Source: Octopus sinensis
Taxonomy: Eukaryota
Assembly: GCF_006345805.1 (NCBI RefSeq)
Contig: NC_043013.1
Location: 26,598,001 to 26,662,000 of the forward strand
Reading direction: 5' to 3'
Length of the DNA stretch: 64,000 bases
In this document: in pieces, positions 39,402 to 52,775 of the stretch
How the letters are laid out: every line of letters begins with the position of its first letter
Numbering within the stretch: the stretch's first letter is position 1
Position numbers and translations under genes: made by a program
Notes under the pieces: model-generated
What the model was told of the DNA's origin: nothing
Seen by the model: only the letters and a program-made list of their open reading frames with translations
Databases searched by the model: none

Positions 39402-39520
39402 ATGAGCTTCTTTCAGTTTCCATCTACCAAATCCACTCACAAGGCTTTGGTAAGCCCAAGGCTACAGTAAAAGAGATTTGCCCAAGGTGCCATGCAATGG
39501 GACTGAACCTGGAACCATGT
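39150..39520 (-). mobile_element. SINE family B
   Basis: Reverse complement of the 26567-26975 type; tail hairpin CAGTC-AAAT-GACTG. Confidence 0.8.
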
Positions 39521-39575
39521 ATGTATGTATGTATGTATGTATGTATGTATGTATGTATGTATGTATGTATGTATG

Positions 39576-39607
<32 letters not shown>

Positions 39608-40284
39608 CACATATGTGTGTATGTGTGTAAGTGGTGGGATGTTCTTATGATGGACTCAGCTGATGTCTGAATCTGTCCTACATTTGACACAGCTGTTCAA
39701 CATAGCTCTACAAGTCAGCAATGCTCAGCCACTGGACAAGTGCATGCAGAACAGTTTTGTTACTTTCTGTGCATCTCAGAGAGGCCAGTTGATGGCACTT
39801 CCATGACTGTAGAGGTTATTGCAAACTGGCAATACCCCATCATCTTCCAGTAACACTGCTAGGCCAAGGAATTCTGGAAATTATCCATGGGCTCTACTCT
39901 GTAAGTCTTCTGGAACAGACCAGCCAATTAATTTTCATTGGCATCAGAGTTTCTCTTAAAACATTGCTGTTTTTATCTGCTATTATTAGTCTTCTTTAGA
40001 CCACGAAAGTGAAACTTCCACTGATCAGATTATTTAACTGGTAGAGGACTGAGTGCCCAGAGTTACCACAACTCATTGGAAAAGGGTAAAAGAGGGATAG
40101 AATGTACGCTAGGTAGAATGTAAAGAAAAACAGCAATGATAATCAAAAGTACTTACCTATTACATAGGATAAAAAAGGGAGCAATAAAGATCTTTAGAAA
40201 GGAAAAGGTTGGTCATTGATTAAAGAAGCAGCAGAGGTTGATAAAATGATAAGTATTGACATTAACATCCCGGTTTAAGGGTGT

Positions 40285-40440
40285 TGGATTGGCAGAATGG
40301 TTAATGCTTTGTGATATATGATTTAGCTCTTTACATTTTGAGTTCAAATTTTACCAAGGTCAACTTTGCTTTTCATTCTTCTGGAGGTTAATCAAATAAG
40401 TACCAGTCAAGTATTAGGGTTGATTTAATTGATTTAATGT
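40285..40440 (+). mobile_element. SINE family A, degraded
   Basis: TGGCAGAATGGTTA...GAGTTCAAAT...CAACTTTGCTTTTCAT...AAGTACCAGT. Confidence 0.6.
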
Positions 40441-41559
40441 GGAGGGGTCAGGTGGAGGAAGAGATTGGGAAGGTTGGCTTGAGAAGAGAGGATGCCCAAA
40501 ACTGAGCAAGATAGCGAGATGGTGTGAGGGTGGTTGCTATGGCATTGAGGTAGGTCTGGCCACCCCTGTTAACAGGGACAAAACTTGGATTTAAAATGAT
40601 GGATGATTAACCCTCTCCAGTAAATTTCTGGCCTTGTACCTATGAAAAATCACAAATAACTTGAGAGGTGGATAGCTGAAAAAAGTCAGAATTATATCTA
40701 TTTATGTTCTGTGTTTAAATTCCTTTGGCACTTCATTTTCACATTTTTTTTTTATCTTTCCAGGGAATGACGAAATAAGTATCAAAAATGTACTGGTTTG
40801 ATTTACTGAATGGCAGAAACAGCAGAACATCAGATTAAACATTTTTGTGGTATTTTGGTACATTCCTTTAATTAATAATTACATAAATTACTCTAACCCC
40901 AAAATATATGTAGATCTTTTACAATGTGTAAAATCCTATCCACTGATTTGCAGATTTGGTTAAACTATGCTATTCTGATGAAGTCTAATAGACTGAAACT
41001 TATGACCATTATTGTCTCCTACTCACAAGCAAACATCAGACTGTCTTTTCTCTAATTACTACTGTATTTGAAGACATAAAAATATGTACAGGTATATTAG
41101 ACACACTTCAATTTCAGGAATACATATTCAGATAATAAAAAAAAGGTTTTAGCACATTAAAGCATGTTATATAGGGCCAACTTCACATATAGGACCCAGG
41201 ATGACATGTTTTTGGTGAAAAAATGCATCTTATATGCTATCAAAATTGGCATTTAATTTCTTGAAATTATTTACTCTTTACTTTGAGAGTTGTTGACAGC
41301 TGACACTAGGTTTTTGTTTTCTTTCTCCAGCTAAGAAGGAAATTTCAACAAATTAATAATTGATTGAGAATGGCAACCAATATAACCCTTTAACACACAT
41401 ATACACACACATGCATGCATACACAAACACACATGCTTCTGCATGTATGTGTGTATATATGTGTGTGTGTGTATGAATGTATGTATTCAAAAGGAATCAA
41501 AAGGCTTCAAGTTAACTAAGTAAAGAGTAAAGTTTTAGAAAGTAGACAAAACAGATAGA

Positions 41560-42030
41560 ACACTAATCCTTGGAAAAAAAACCAGCTGGGAAAATTCAGA
41601 GATACTACTTCTGTTGGTAACAAAAGCATTCTCCCTCAGAATGAAAGGAAAATTGTATGGTGTTTGTGTTTGAACTGCATTGCCACATGGTAGTGAAATG
41701 TGGGCTGTAAATGCAGAGGACATCCAAAGACTAGGAAGGAATGAAGTTAGCAGGCTCCGTTGGATGTGCAATGTCAGTGTGCATGTAAGATAAAGAGTAA
41801 ATACGTTGAGAGAAAACTTAGACATAAGAAGAATCAGCTATGGTATGCAAGGGAGAAGACTGTGCTGGTATGGTCATGTGATGTGTATGGATGAGGACAG
41901 CAGCATAAAGAAGTGCTGAACATCAAATATGGATGGAACCAGTGGAAGATGGAGACCCACAAAGACATGGAATGAAATTATGTAGATTGATCTCAGGATG
42001 TTGAGTTTCATAAAGGAGGCACAGTAGCAT
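41560..42030 (+). mobile_element. Old RTE LINE 3' fragment
   Basis: Homologous to 9040-9480 (LLVTKAFSLRMKGKLYG...HGSEMWAV). Confidence 0.75.
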
Positions 42031-42379
42031 AGTCACAGTTCATTGACTTGACCAAGTAAAAGATAAAAAGATAAATTAGCCCTGAAATTTGTAACTGAAA
42101 CTGATCCAAAAGAAATCCTTCTCTGCTTTTAGAATTATTTTCCCCTGCATTACACAGAGCATAAAAGAAAACAAGCTCCTCAAAAGCAGTCACTTAACTG
42201 ATTACATGTGTGTATTTTGTCCATTTGAAGTCCTTCTAGTTTATCACTGTTAACTCAAAGCACAATGTTATATAATCATTTAGCAAAACTCTGAATATTG
42301 CTAGCAACATCACTCTTGGAGGCTGCGTACATCATATACTTCAGGTTCCTCTCTATTGAGTTCTTGTGTGTATTTCATA

Positions 42380-42645
42380 TTACAGTGTATATATATACAT
42401 ACCGCACCATGTATATATATACCACACCATGTAAATATATATATCAACTGTAATACATATATATATATATACATACATTCATACATACACATATGTATAT
42501 ACACGTACACATACTCTTATACATATATATGTATATATATATATATATATTATGTACATAAGGGTACATGTATGTGTTTTTATATATAAAAAAATTGGTC
42601 TCATGCCTATGCAATAAATCAATACACACATATATACATATATAT

Positions 42646-42683
<38 letters not shown>

Positions 42684-42889
42684 TATATACATACATATAT
42701 ATATATATATGAGCATATATAAATATATATATAATATATATGAGCATATATATATATATATATACTTGTCTACATATATATATTATATATATGAGTATAT
42801 ATATATATATATTATATACTTGTCTACATATATATATATTTTATATTTATACTCTTATCTGTATATATATATGATCCATGCACACACAC

Positions 42890-42943
<54 letters not shown>

Positions 42944-43076
42944 TATACATATATATATAGGTTTATTATATACTATATATATATATAAGTATAAATATTA
43001 TATATTATAGATATATATATATAATATATATATATATGGTTTATATACTTATATATATATATTATAAGTATATAAA

Positions 43077-43117
<41 letters not shown>

Positions 43118-43207
43118 TATATACTTATATATATATATATAAGTATATAACCTATATATATATATATATATATATATAGGTTTATATACTTATATATCTA
43201 TATTAAG

Positions 43208-43245
<38 letters not shown>

Positions 43246-43259
43246 TATAATATATATAA

Positions 43260-43349
<90 letters not shown>

Positions 43350-43433
43350 TATAATGTATATATATGTATATATTATATATGTATATAATTGTATATATAT
43401 ATATGTTATTATGTATATATATATATGTATATA

Positions 43434-43472
<39 letters not shown>

Positions 43473-43474
43473 TA

Positions 43475-43521
<47 letters not shown>

Positions 43522-43550
43522 CTTATATAATATATATATGTATATATATC

Positions 43551-43582
<32 letters not shown>

Positions 43583-43611
43583 GTATATTATTATATATAT
43601 ATATATCTATA

Positions 43612-43660
<49 letters not shown>

Positions 43661-43662
43661 TC

Positions 43663-43739
<77 letters not shown>

Positions 43740-43768
43740 AATTATATCTATATATATATATATAATAT

Positions 43769-43800
<32 letters not shown>

Positions 43801-43850
43801 CACATATATATAGGTGTATATACTTATATATATATATATATCATATATGA
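42380..43850. repeat. About 1.5-kb interrupted (TA)n array
   Basis: Direct reading. Confidence 0.95.
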
Positions 43851-44117
43851 TCTGTTGCAGAGATATCATCAGTGCTCACAGCAACAATATGTACTGTAAA
43901 ACTAAAATAGTTCCTTCCTTGCTTGCCAACAGAGTTTACTCCATTGACAATAAGATCAATAGAGCAACATCACTCCACACAGAAAATGTTTTTAGAGAGG
44001 AAAATTCCAGATATATCAATCAATAATTGTTTGAAAATATTCTTTTATGATTTGCTGCTCGAAGATATGAAATTTATAACACAGATAATGGATGGTGGAT
44101 AACCTTTTATACATATT

Positions 44118-44238
44118 TTATCATCATCATCATCATCATCATCGCCATCCTTCTCCTCCTCATCATCGCCACCATCATCATCATCATCGCCATCGCCATC
44201 ACCATCATCATCATCATCATCATCATCATATCATCATC
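44118..44238. repeat. (CAT)n microsatellite
   Basis: Direct reading. Confidence 0.95.
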
Positions 44239-45615
44239 GTTTTTGTTATAGAGTAAGGGTTGGATTCCTATTGCAGACAGGATGACAAATAATAAGCTAG
44301 TTCACATTACACTCTGGATATAGTGGATATAGTTTTAATTCACTTTTGCTTTCTTCCTTTCTTTCTTTCTCTCTTGTTTTTCTTCTTTTTTTTGTTATTT
44401 TGGTTACTTTGGCTAAAATGTCTTCAGAGGTTCCCTGTACTCTCTTTTTCTTCATCTCTTCCCTCCCTTCCTTTCTCTCCCTCTCTTCATCCCCCCTCTC
44501 TCTGTCTGTCATTCTCTCTACTTGCCCTCTTCTCTCACACTGTACACCTCTGCTTGTGTCTGTCTCTTACGTTTTGCTCTTTCTCTTTGTTCTGTCTCTA
44601 CCTCTCTCTCTCTCTCTCCCTTTCTATGTGTGTATGTGTGTGTGTATATATATATATATAAAGAGAGAGAGAGAGACAGACAGACAGATTAATAGACATA
44701 TATATATATGTATATGCATATATATAAGTATATACAAATATATATATTCATTCCTACTTGTTTGAGCGTGTGTGTATCTGTATAGATATATATGAACGTG
44801 TATATGTCTATTCATAATATTCTGCTTACTTTTGATTTCGTTTTTCTCTTTTACACACATACACACACATACACATGTGTGTATGTATGTATACATAGGC
44901 ATATATGTGTGTGTGTGTGTGTATATATACATATATATATATTCATGTATGTGTATATATACATATATATATATTCATGTATGTGTATATATACATATAT
45001 GTATGTGTCTGTATATTATATATATATATATACATATATATACATATATATATATATATACATATATATACATATATATATATACACAAACATGCACATA
45101 TATATGTACATATATGCATAAGCAGGCATATGTGTGTGAATGTAATTTATGTACCTTCAACAAATAGGAATTCATTAAAATAATCACCAGATATCAATAA
45201 ATGCTGAGGTCAGTATAATTAATTAAACCCTTGAAAGAATGACCGCAGGCCAATGACTGAATCTAGTAAAAGATTCCAAAGCAATTGCCAAATTGTATCC
45301 AAGAGATCAGAAAAGGCTACTCAGAAAGCCTCCACAACAATGGAAGAATGATCTGGTTTGGCAATTTGGGACAAGATGGAAAAGAATGGTGCAATCAAGA
45401 AACACATGGAAACATATTGTGACCAGTGATGCATAGCATTGATAGCCTGGTTGAAACAGTGATACAGATTATATATAAATGTATATATATATATATATAA
45501 CAGATGGAGTGCTCCTATATATATACACACACACACACATATCCTTAAAATCCTTAAAAATGTTTTAGCCCGAAGGCCGCGGCCATGCTGGGGCACCACC
45601 GCTGAATGAGCTACA

Positions 45616-48520
45616 CTAGTTTGTGAATTCACCTCTGATACGTGGCACTTGATCAACAAGGGAGTTCGATGCTGCTGCCCGCATCCGTGTCTCCTGTCGT
45701 GAGGTAGGTTCATCTGGGACTCCCAACAAGAAGAGATCCAGTTTAGTTTTAAAGAAACCCACATCCACACCATGTAAGTCTCTCAGGCATTTAGGGAGGA
45801 TGTTAAAGAGCTGTGGTCCTCTGAAACCCAAGCTGTTGCAGTATCTGGACCTGTATTTTGATGGTGATGTTGGAATCCTTGGCACCACGCAGCGGCGCCC
45901 CGCTCTGCGGTTGGAGTAACTTTGAATGCCAAAGTTTGGGACAAGACCCTCCAGGATTTTCCAGATGTATATCACTGCATTCTCTCCCGCCTCCGCTCCA
46001 GGGAGAAGAGGTTTAATACCTTCAGTCTTTCCCAGTAGCTGACATTTTGCATTGAGACGATTTTTTCTTTGTGTAGCTTCTCTGAGTTGCTTCGAGTTCT
46101 GCTGTTTGTTTTATATTGTGTGGTGACCAAAGTTGGGAGCAGTAGTCCAAGCGGCTGAGGACAAATGTTTTCCATAGGACCATCAGTGTCTCCTTCTCTC
46201 TTGTTCTGAAAGTTCGGAGAATCCATCCAGCTAGCCGTCTGCATTTTATCACCAGATTAGTAATATACATTTGGAAAGATGCATCATTGCTCATGTCAAT
46301 GCCCAGGTCACGCACTGATTTTGACTCAGGGATTGCAATTCTTCCTGGGCCAGTGTATCCAGTCTTCACGTCATTTACCTTTGTGTGCCAGTAGCGCAGG
46401 GCCTGGAACTTACCTGCATTAAACTGCATGTTGTTGTCCTCAGCCCACCTGTATATTGTGTCCAGCTCATGTTGCAGATGCGCAATATTTTCAGGGTTTT
46501 GTATTGCGTGGGAGACTTTTGTGTCATCTGCATAGCTAGCAAGGGTGGTCATCGTAGCAACTGAAGGCATGTCTGAAAGGGCCACTATGAACATCAGTGG
46601 CCCCAAGACAGTGCCCTGTGGGACACCGCTTGTTATTTGCGTTTCCCTGGAGGTGGCTCCATTGCTCACAACTGCCTGTTTTCTGTCTTTTAGGAAGTTG
46701 TGCAGCCACTCTCCAAGTTTCCCGCCTATGCCGAGACCACGCAGTTTGTGACAGATCATACCATGGTCGACTTTATCAAAGGCTTTTGCAAAGTCAAGAT
46801 ATATTACATCCACATTTGAGCCATTTAGTAGCTGTTTCAACACCCAGTCATAGTGTTGCAGGAGCTGTGTTAGGCAGCCTCTACCTGGTCGAAATCCATG
46901 CTGGGTGTCAGACAGTAAGTCATTTTCTTCAAGGAACATGATTAGTTTCTTACGGACTATTCGTTCCATGACTTTGCTGATGTGTGAGGTCAGAGAGATA
47001 GGCCTATAATTTTTAGCATCTGCTCTGCTACCTCCCTTATGGATAGGGCATATTACCCCCTCTTTCAGTTTGACTGGGAGCTTACCACTTGCAAGAAAGC
47101 TCTGAAAAAGAAGCTGTAGCGGTTTTGCAAGGCTCGTTTGCACGATTTGAGAAGGATCGCTGGAATCCATCAGGTCTAGCAGCTGAGTTTGTGTCAATCT
47201 CATCAATGGCTAGTGTGATATCATCTTCTTCGATGTTGATGTACTCAATTTTTGTCTCTTTGGCCGCTGGTAAAGTGGCAAAGAATTCTTCTGGGTTGTT
47301 TACTTGCCTGTGTCCTAGAGGTGTAGTGACACACTTTGGAACTGTTCGTTCAGTATTTCACTTATCCTCGTGGGATTTCCTGTGAGAGAGCCATCTTTTT
47401 GGAAGAGAGGTCCTATTCTCTGGTGCACTGTGGCTGTCTCTTTGGCAAACTTAAAGAAGCTTTAGGGTTTGATTTTATATTTTCTATTACCCAAGCTTCT
47501 TTATCTGCTCTCTCCTTTTCATGGGACTGATGTAGACTTTTCTCAGTTTCCATTAGCATTCTTTCGAGCCGAGACTTCTCACCACTTTTGGTGTGCTTGC
47601 TCAGGCGGTTTGCAATCCTTGTCCGTCGTCTCATAAGAATCCTCCTTTCTCTAGGGATCCTGTTTTTGTTCTTGTGTGTGCTGGCCCTGCACATTGGGAC
47701 ATATTTGTCACATATGGCTTGTATTATGGACATGAAGTGTTTGTGTTTCATGTTTATGTCCGGTGTGGAGAGACATTCAGGCCAATCCTGTTTGAGGATC
47801 TCTTTCTCAATCGACTTCCAGTTGGCTTTATGAAAGTTTAAGTTGGAGAGATGGTGGGTGCTTCGTATAGTCTGTGTGTCTGCGGGGCTTTTGTTCCATA
47901 CATAGACAGCTCTATTATGTGTGATCCGAGATCATTGTCGGCATCACATTAACATTATGGATAATATCCATATTGTTTGTGAAGCAGAGATCCAGTATAT
48001 TATCTGCCCTTGTTGGTTGCAGAGATCCAGTATATTATCTGCCCTTGTTGGTTGCAGAACTATTTGCTCCATGAAGAGGTATTTGTGAGATGGAGCAGGG
48101 ACTCCACCTGTGCCTGCTGATGGTGTGTCATCCCTGGGAGCATCTGCCCCCCAGGCCATTCCACATTGGGGAGGTTAAAGTCACCCATGAAGAATACACT
48201 GTTGTGCTGTTCAAGGTTGGTGAGGACTTCTCCTATTTTTGTTAGGCAGTCTTCAAACATGCCTGAGTGTTTTGGGGCGTCTGGTGGGCGATATGTAGTG
48301 CATATACGATATTCAGTTGTCTTATGTGTACAATTTGAGTTTCACATACTGAGTTTGAATATGACAGCAGGACCTGGGGCGTGAGGTCATCTCGGATGTA
48401 CATTGCAACTCCACCATGGCTCCTCCCTTTTCTATCTGTGCGTATGACTGCATATTGCGGCATGTGTATTTCTGCATCACCTATATCGGGTCAAGATGCG
48501 TTTCTGTGAGTGCCATGCAT
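45616..48520 (-). pseudogene. LINE ORF2 (APE endonuclease plus RT), frameshifted; largest open piece 46022-47206
   Basis: ORF track pieces at 48242, 48060, 47413, 46022 and 45616. Confidence 0.9.
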
Positions 48521-49500
48521 ATAGCTTGATTGCATGTCACAAGGTCTCTCAGGAATGAATTTTCTTTTTACAGTTTCCGCGCAGCAGCCCTCCTACATTC
48601 AGTAGAAATAATTTTGTGGTGTGTGTGTTGGTTGTTGGTGTCTGTGGTGGCCATCCTGCATCTGTTGGAGGTGGCCTTATGTGGTGGTAGTTCCAGCTTT
48701 GTGCTTGTCGCCAGGTCAACTGCTGAACAATTTTTTGTGCCATGCACAAAAAAGACTGCTGTTCAGCTGCCGCCCTTCTCACATCTGGGTGAAGCTGGCC
48801 ACCTGTTGGGTTCCGCGCACCACATCTGCATACCGTCTTTCAGTAGTGGTCAGTGCGCTTTTTTCCCTTCTTTTAACTTTTTGTTTTTGTTTTGTTCTCC
48901 CTGAGGGAGGGACCTCTGTCTCACGTCCGTGCGGTTTTGGTAGGGCCTCCGATGTGCAAAGCGACAGTTTGCACCTTCAACGCCGTACCAGCAGTCCCCC
49001 CTCAGGTAGAATTTGCACGTGTTTCTTTCCCGCCCTTACAGTTTTTGCTGGGGTCCCTCTGCTTTCTCTGGACAGGGCTTCCTTTAGCCTTGATTCTGTC
49101 ACCCTTTACCTCCTGCTTCCATCAATTCCAGGGTGCCTTTCCTTCTTGCGGCCATCGCACCTCTTTGGTCTTCAGTTGTGGTGTTGGAAGCTGGACATGT
49201 GTCATCGTTTCCCTGTGTTCCAGGCTTCTCCATTTGGCTCTGGATGCTTTCCTCATCCTTTTGGCCCTCCCTGCTGCCGTCACCTCCCAGGATGATGTCC
49301 AGGGTGTCCACATGTTGCCTGATTAGAGCGTACGAACGGATAACTTCTCTCTTCTTTCGCTCTATCTGGGCGGTGGTTCTCGAAAAATTGTTGCTTTTCA
49401 GCGCCGCAGCAATAATGTCGTTCGGCGAGTCGTCCTCAGCGATCCTCCAAGCGCGGACGAACAATGCACCTCTCTCGCAGACCAGTTTCTTGCCATTTTC
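48520..49500 (-). pseudogene. LINE ORF1 remnant with a CCCH zinc finger at 48952-49017
   Basis: Manual translation CKFYLRGDCWYGVEGANCRFAH; position upstream of ORF2. Confidence 0.65.
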
Positions 49501-49514
49501 TTCTAGTGAAATAT

Positions 49515-50380
49515 AGGAACAGAGAGAGAGATAGAGAAGGAGAGATATGGAGAGGGAGAAGAGAAAGGAGAAAAGCCAGGGGGGGATAGAGAGAGAGACG
49601 AGGGGATTGTCCTGAGAGAAGAGAGAAAGAGAGAAAATAAGAGGGAAAAAAGAGAAAGGTGAAAGAATGGCAGGTCAGCAGGGGGAGAGTGAGCGGGATA
49701 GAGGTGTAGTAGAAAGGGACAGGGTGGAAAAGTGAGACAAGAGGGTGGACCCTAGGGGGAGAAGAAAGGCGGAGAGATAAAATGGAGAGGAAGAGAGAGA
49801 TGAAATGGAGAGGGAGAGAGAGAGAGGGCAGGATAGTGGTACCAGGGAGTGAAGTAAAGGGACAGAGAGGGTGGTGTGGAGGAAGGAGACAGAGAGAGGA
49901 AAAAAGAGACAGGGGGTGGTGAGCCTTAGAGGGAACAGGGAGAGGAAAGGTAGGAAGAAAAAAGGGGGGAAGAGGAAGAGAGGGGGCGCAACAGAGTGTA
50001 GTAAAGGGACAGGGAGGGTGGTGTAGAGAAAGAAATAAGGGGACAGAAGGGGAAGAGGAAAAGGGGTTTGACCTGTGAAGGAGCGGAGAGGAAAGAGGCA
50101 GAGAGAGGGAGGGGGAGTAACAGAGAGAGAGAGAGAGAGAAAGAGGGCGGTATATAGATACAAGAGAGAATGAGTGAAGTTGAGGAACTGAGAGAGGGGG
50201 TGAGGTGAGAGAAAGTTGATCTGAGAGAGATGCAGAAAGAGAAACGATTGCAGAGGGAGAGAGAGGGAGGAGGGGAGAGTGAGAGCGGAAATAGAGGGTC
50301 TGGTGGATGGGGAGACAGATAAGGTATAAACTGTATGAGAGAGATAGAAATAAAAATGTAAGAAAGAGAGGGAGAGATTA
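49515..50380. repeat. Purine-rich (GA) low-complexity tract, possibly the LINE 5' region
   Basis: Direct reading. Confidence 0.8.
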
Positions 50381-50851
50381 TAAAGATAGAATAGCGCGTA
50401 TTTTTATATCTTTTTAATTATTATTTTCTGTTTGAAAGAACACTAATGATAACAAATAATAAAAATGTATGAGAGAGATAGAAATAGAAATGTAAAAAGA
50501 GAAAGAGAGAGTGCGTGGCAGGCACGGAGAACGAAATTATAAAGATTATAAAGATAGAATACTGCGTATTTTTATATTTTTATATCTTTTTTTTTTTTTT
50601 TTTAATTATTTTCTGTTTGAAAGAACACTAATGATAACAAAATAAATAATATCTTACCTTACCGGCTGAGAGAGTACTTACGTGATTCCTTTTTATAAGA
50701 AAGGAAGATAGATAGACAAGACAGACCTTTTATATTCCTCCCCAAGCGCACTTTGTAAACAAAAGGGGTTTGAGTTTCGATTTAGCACATGCAACAGTTT
50801 CACGATACTTTCTGTATTTTCCTAAGCGGTTTGGTATTAAGCAGCAAATTT

Positions 50852-52775
50852 GGTTAATATAGGGCGTAACAAATATCAGAAAATCAAAAAAAAAATGTGT
50901 GTAATAGGTGTAAAACAACTTCCTATGAACGAATATGAAAAAAAAAATTCGCGCACGCGAAAGGGGGGTGGGGGAGAGGCCTCGGAAAATTCACATCGGG
51001 AAGTTCCGAAAGCGTCTGAGGGGCTGACCCGGACACCAAAACAAAAAAAATTAGTGTAATATGTGTAAAACAACTTGCTCTAAACGAATATGAAAAAAAA
51101 AATGCGCTCTCGAGAAAGAGGGTGGGGGAGAGGCCTCGGAATATTTATATCGGGAATTTCCGAAAGCGTCTGAACCGGGCACAAAAACAAAAACAAAAAC
51201 AGCGTAATAGGTGTAAAATAACTTGCTCTAAACGACTATCATGAAAAAAATGCGCGCTCGCGAAAGGGGGGTGGGGGAGAGGCTTCGGAAATTTCACATC
51301 TTCAGTCCACGGCCTTTAAACTAAGAAAAATAGTGTAATTGGTGTAAAACTACTTGTTCTAAACGAGTATCAAGAACACACACTCACACATGAATCATAA
51401 ACTCCGTATTTCGCAAAAAAAAAAAATAAAGAGAAGAAATTCTGAAAAAAGTGAAGAAATGTTGGATCTCCGCCATGTGAATCAAAATACGTGTCAGAAA
51501 CATCTTGAAATACTACAGAAATTATGTTACGAAAATGATAATGTATACATACCTCTTTGAGTGGTCCATCGATAATGATGATAAAGAAATGAGTTGGATT
51601 TGAACTCAGAATATTGACTAACACAACTACATACTACAAGACTCAAAATATTCAGCCAAGTCACCACCCTTTAACTAGCAATAATAATAACATCAATAAC
51701 ATAACAGCCAAAAGATTTATTGTTCTGAAAATAACAATCATAGTAAATAAATATGTTCTTTAATATTCACATTCATGTGCACAGTTAAACACACTTACAT
51801 ACAAACAGTCACGCATGCATAATACAGAACGGAACACATAAATGAAGGATGCATTACTTAGTATATATTACATCTAGAGAATTTTGATTAATAAGTCAAA
51901 TATGCAAATTATAAAGATAATTAATTGCTTTACTAAACAGTGTTGTAAAGGTGAAAAATAAATTTGGGAAAAAAATACACGCCAAAACTAATTAAAAAGG
52001 ATAATTAGGGAAGGATTGACACAAAATAATAATTTTTTCTGTCTCTTTTTTTCTGATAATGCATCTTAATAAGTGAGAAGAATTGCATATATCTGAACTA
52101 TTTCAAAGAAAAGCATAAATTTAATGTTTAAAATAGCTTTAACCAAGGAATGAGATCCAACATTTCTTCACTTTTTCCAGAATTTCTCTTTCTTTATTTT
52201 TTTTTTTTTTGCGAAATACGGAGTTTATGATTCATGTGTGAGTGTGTGTTCTTGATACTCGTTTAGAACAAGTAGTTTTACACCAATTACACTATTTTTT
52301 CTTAGTTTAAAGGCCGTGGACTGAAGATGAGAAATTTCCGAAGCCTCTCCCCCACCCCCTTTCGCGAGCGCGCATTTTTTTCATGATAGTCGTTTAGAGC
52401 AAGTTGTTTTACACCTATTACGCTGTTTTTGTTTTTGTTTTTGTGCCCGGTTCAGACGCTTTCGGAAATTCCCGATATAAATATTCCGAGGCCTCTCCCC
52501 CACCCCTCTTTCGCGAGAGCGCATTTTTTTTTGTCATATTCGTTTAGAGCAAGTTGTTTTACACATATTACACTATTTTTTTTTTGTTTTGGTGCCCGGG
52601 TCAGCTCCTCAGACGCTTTCGGAACTTCCCGATGTGAATTTTCCGAGGCCTCTCCCCCACCCCCTTTCGCGTGCGCGAATTTTTTTTTTCATATTCGTTC
52701 ATAGGAAGTTGTTTTACACCTATTACACACATTTTTTTTTTGATTTTCTGATATTTGTTACGCCCTATATTAACC
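50852..52775. mobile_element. Foldback-like non-autonomous DNA transposon, probably Merlin: about 620-bp TIRs, GG...CC ends, 8-bp TSD
   Basis: Arms 50852-51470 and 52152-52775 are reverse complements; GCAAATTT at 50844-50851 and 52776-52783. Confidence 0.85.

Larger units (their letters stand above)
45541..49500 (-). mobile_element. CR1-group LINE, near full length (ORF1, APE, RT, 3' stem-loop, TTTTAAGGA tail)
   Basis: APE motifs LTETHL, RSHGGVAMYI, MGDFNLPNVEW; RT motifs NYRPISLTS, QHGFRPGR, YLDFAKAFDKV, GVPQGTVLGP, YADD; 5' boundary approximate. Confidence 0.9.

Noticed and set aside
43860-44060. Possible old Penelope RT thumb fragment (KIVPSLLANRVYSIDNK)
   Set aside because: Similarity too weak to support without a profile search
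50322-50645. Imperfect ~160-bp duplication, and small duplications at 17612-17672, 38810-38870 and 60523-60558
   Set aside because: Ordinary slippage-type duplications with no further structure
50852-50857. piggyBac ends (GGTTAA / TTAACC)
   Set aside because: TTAA lies inside the TIR and faces the wrong way; the real duplication is the 8-bp GCAAATTT
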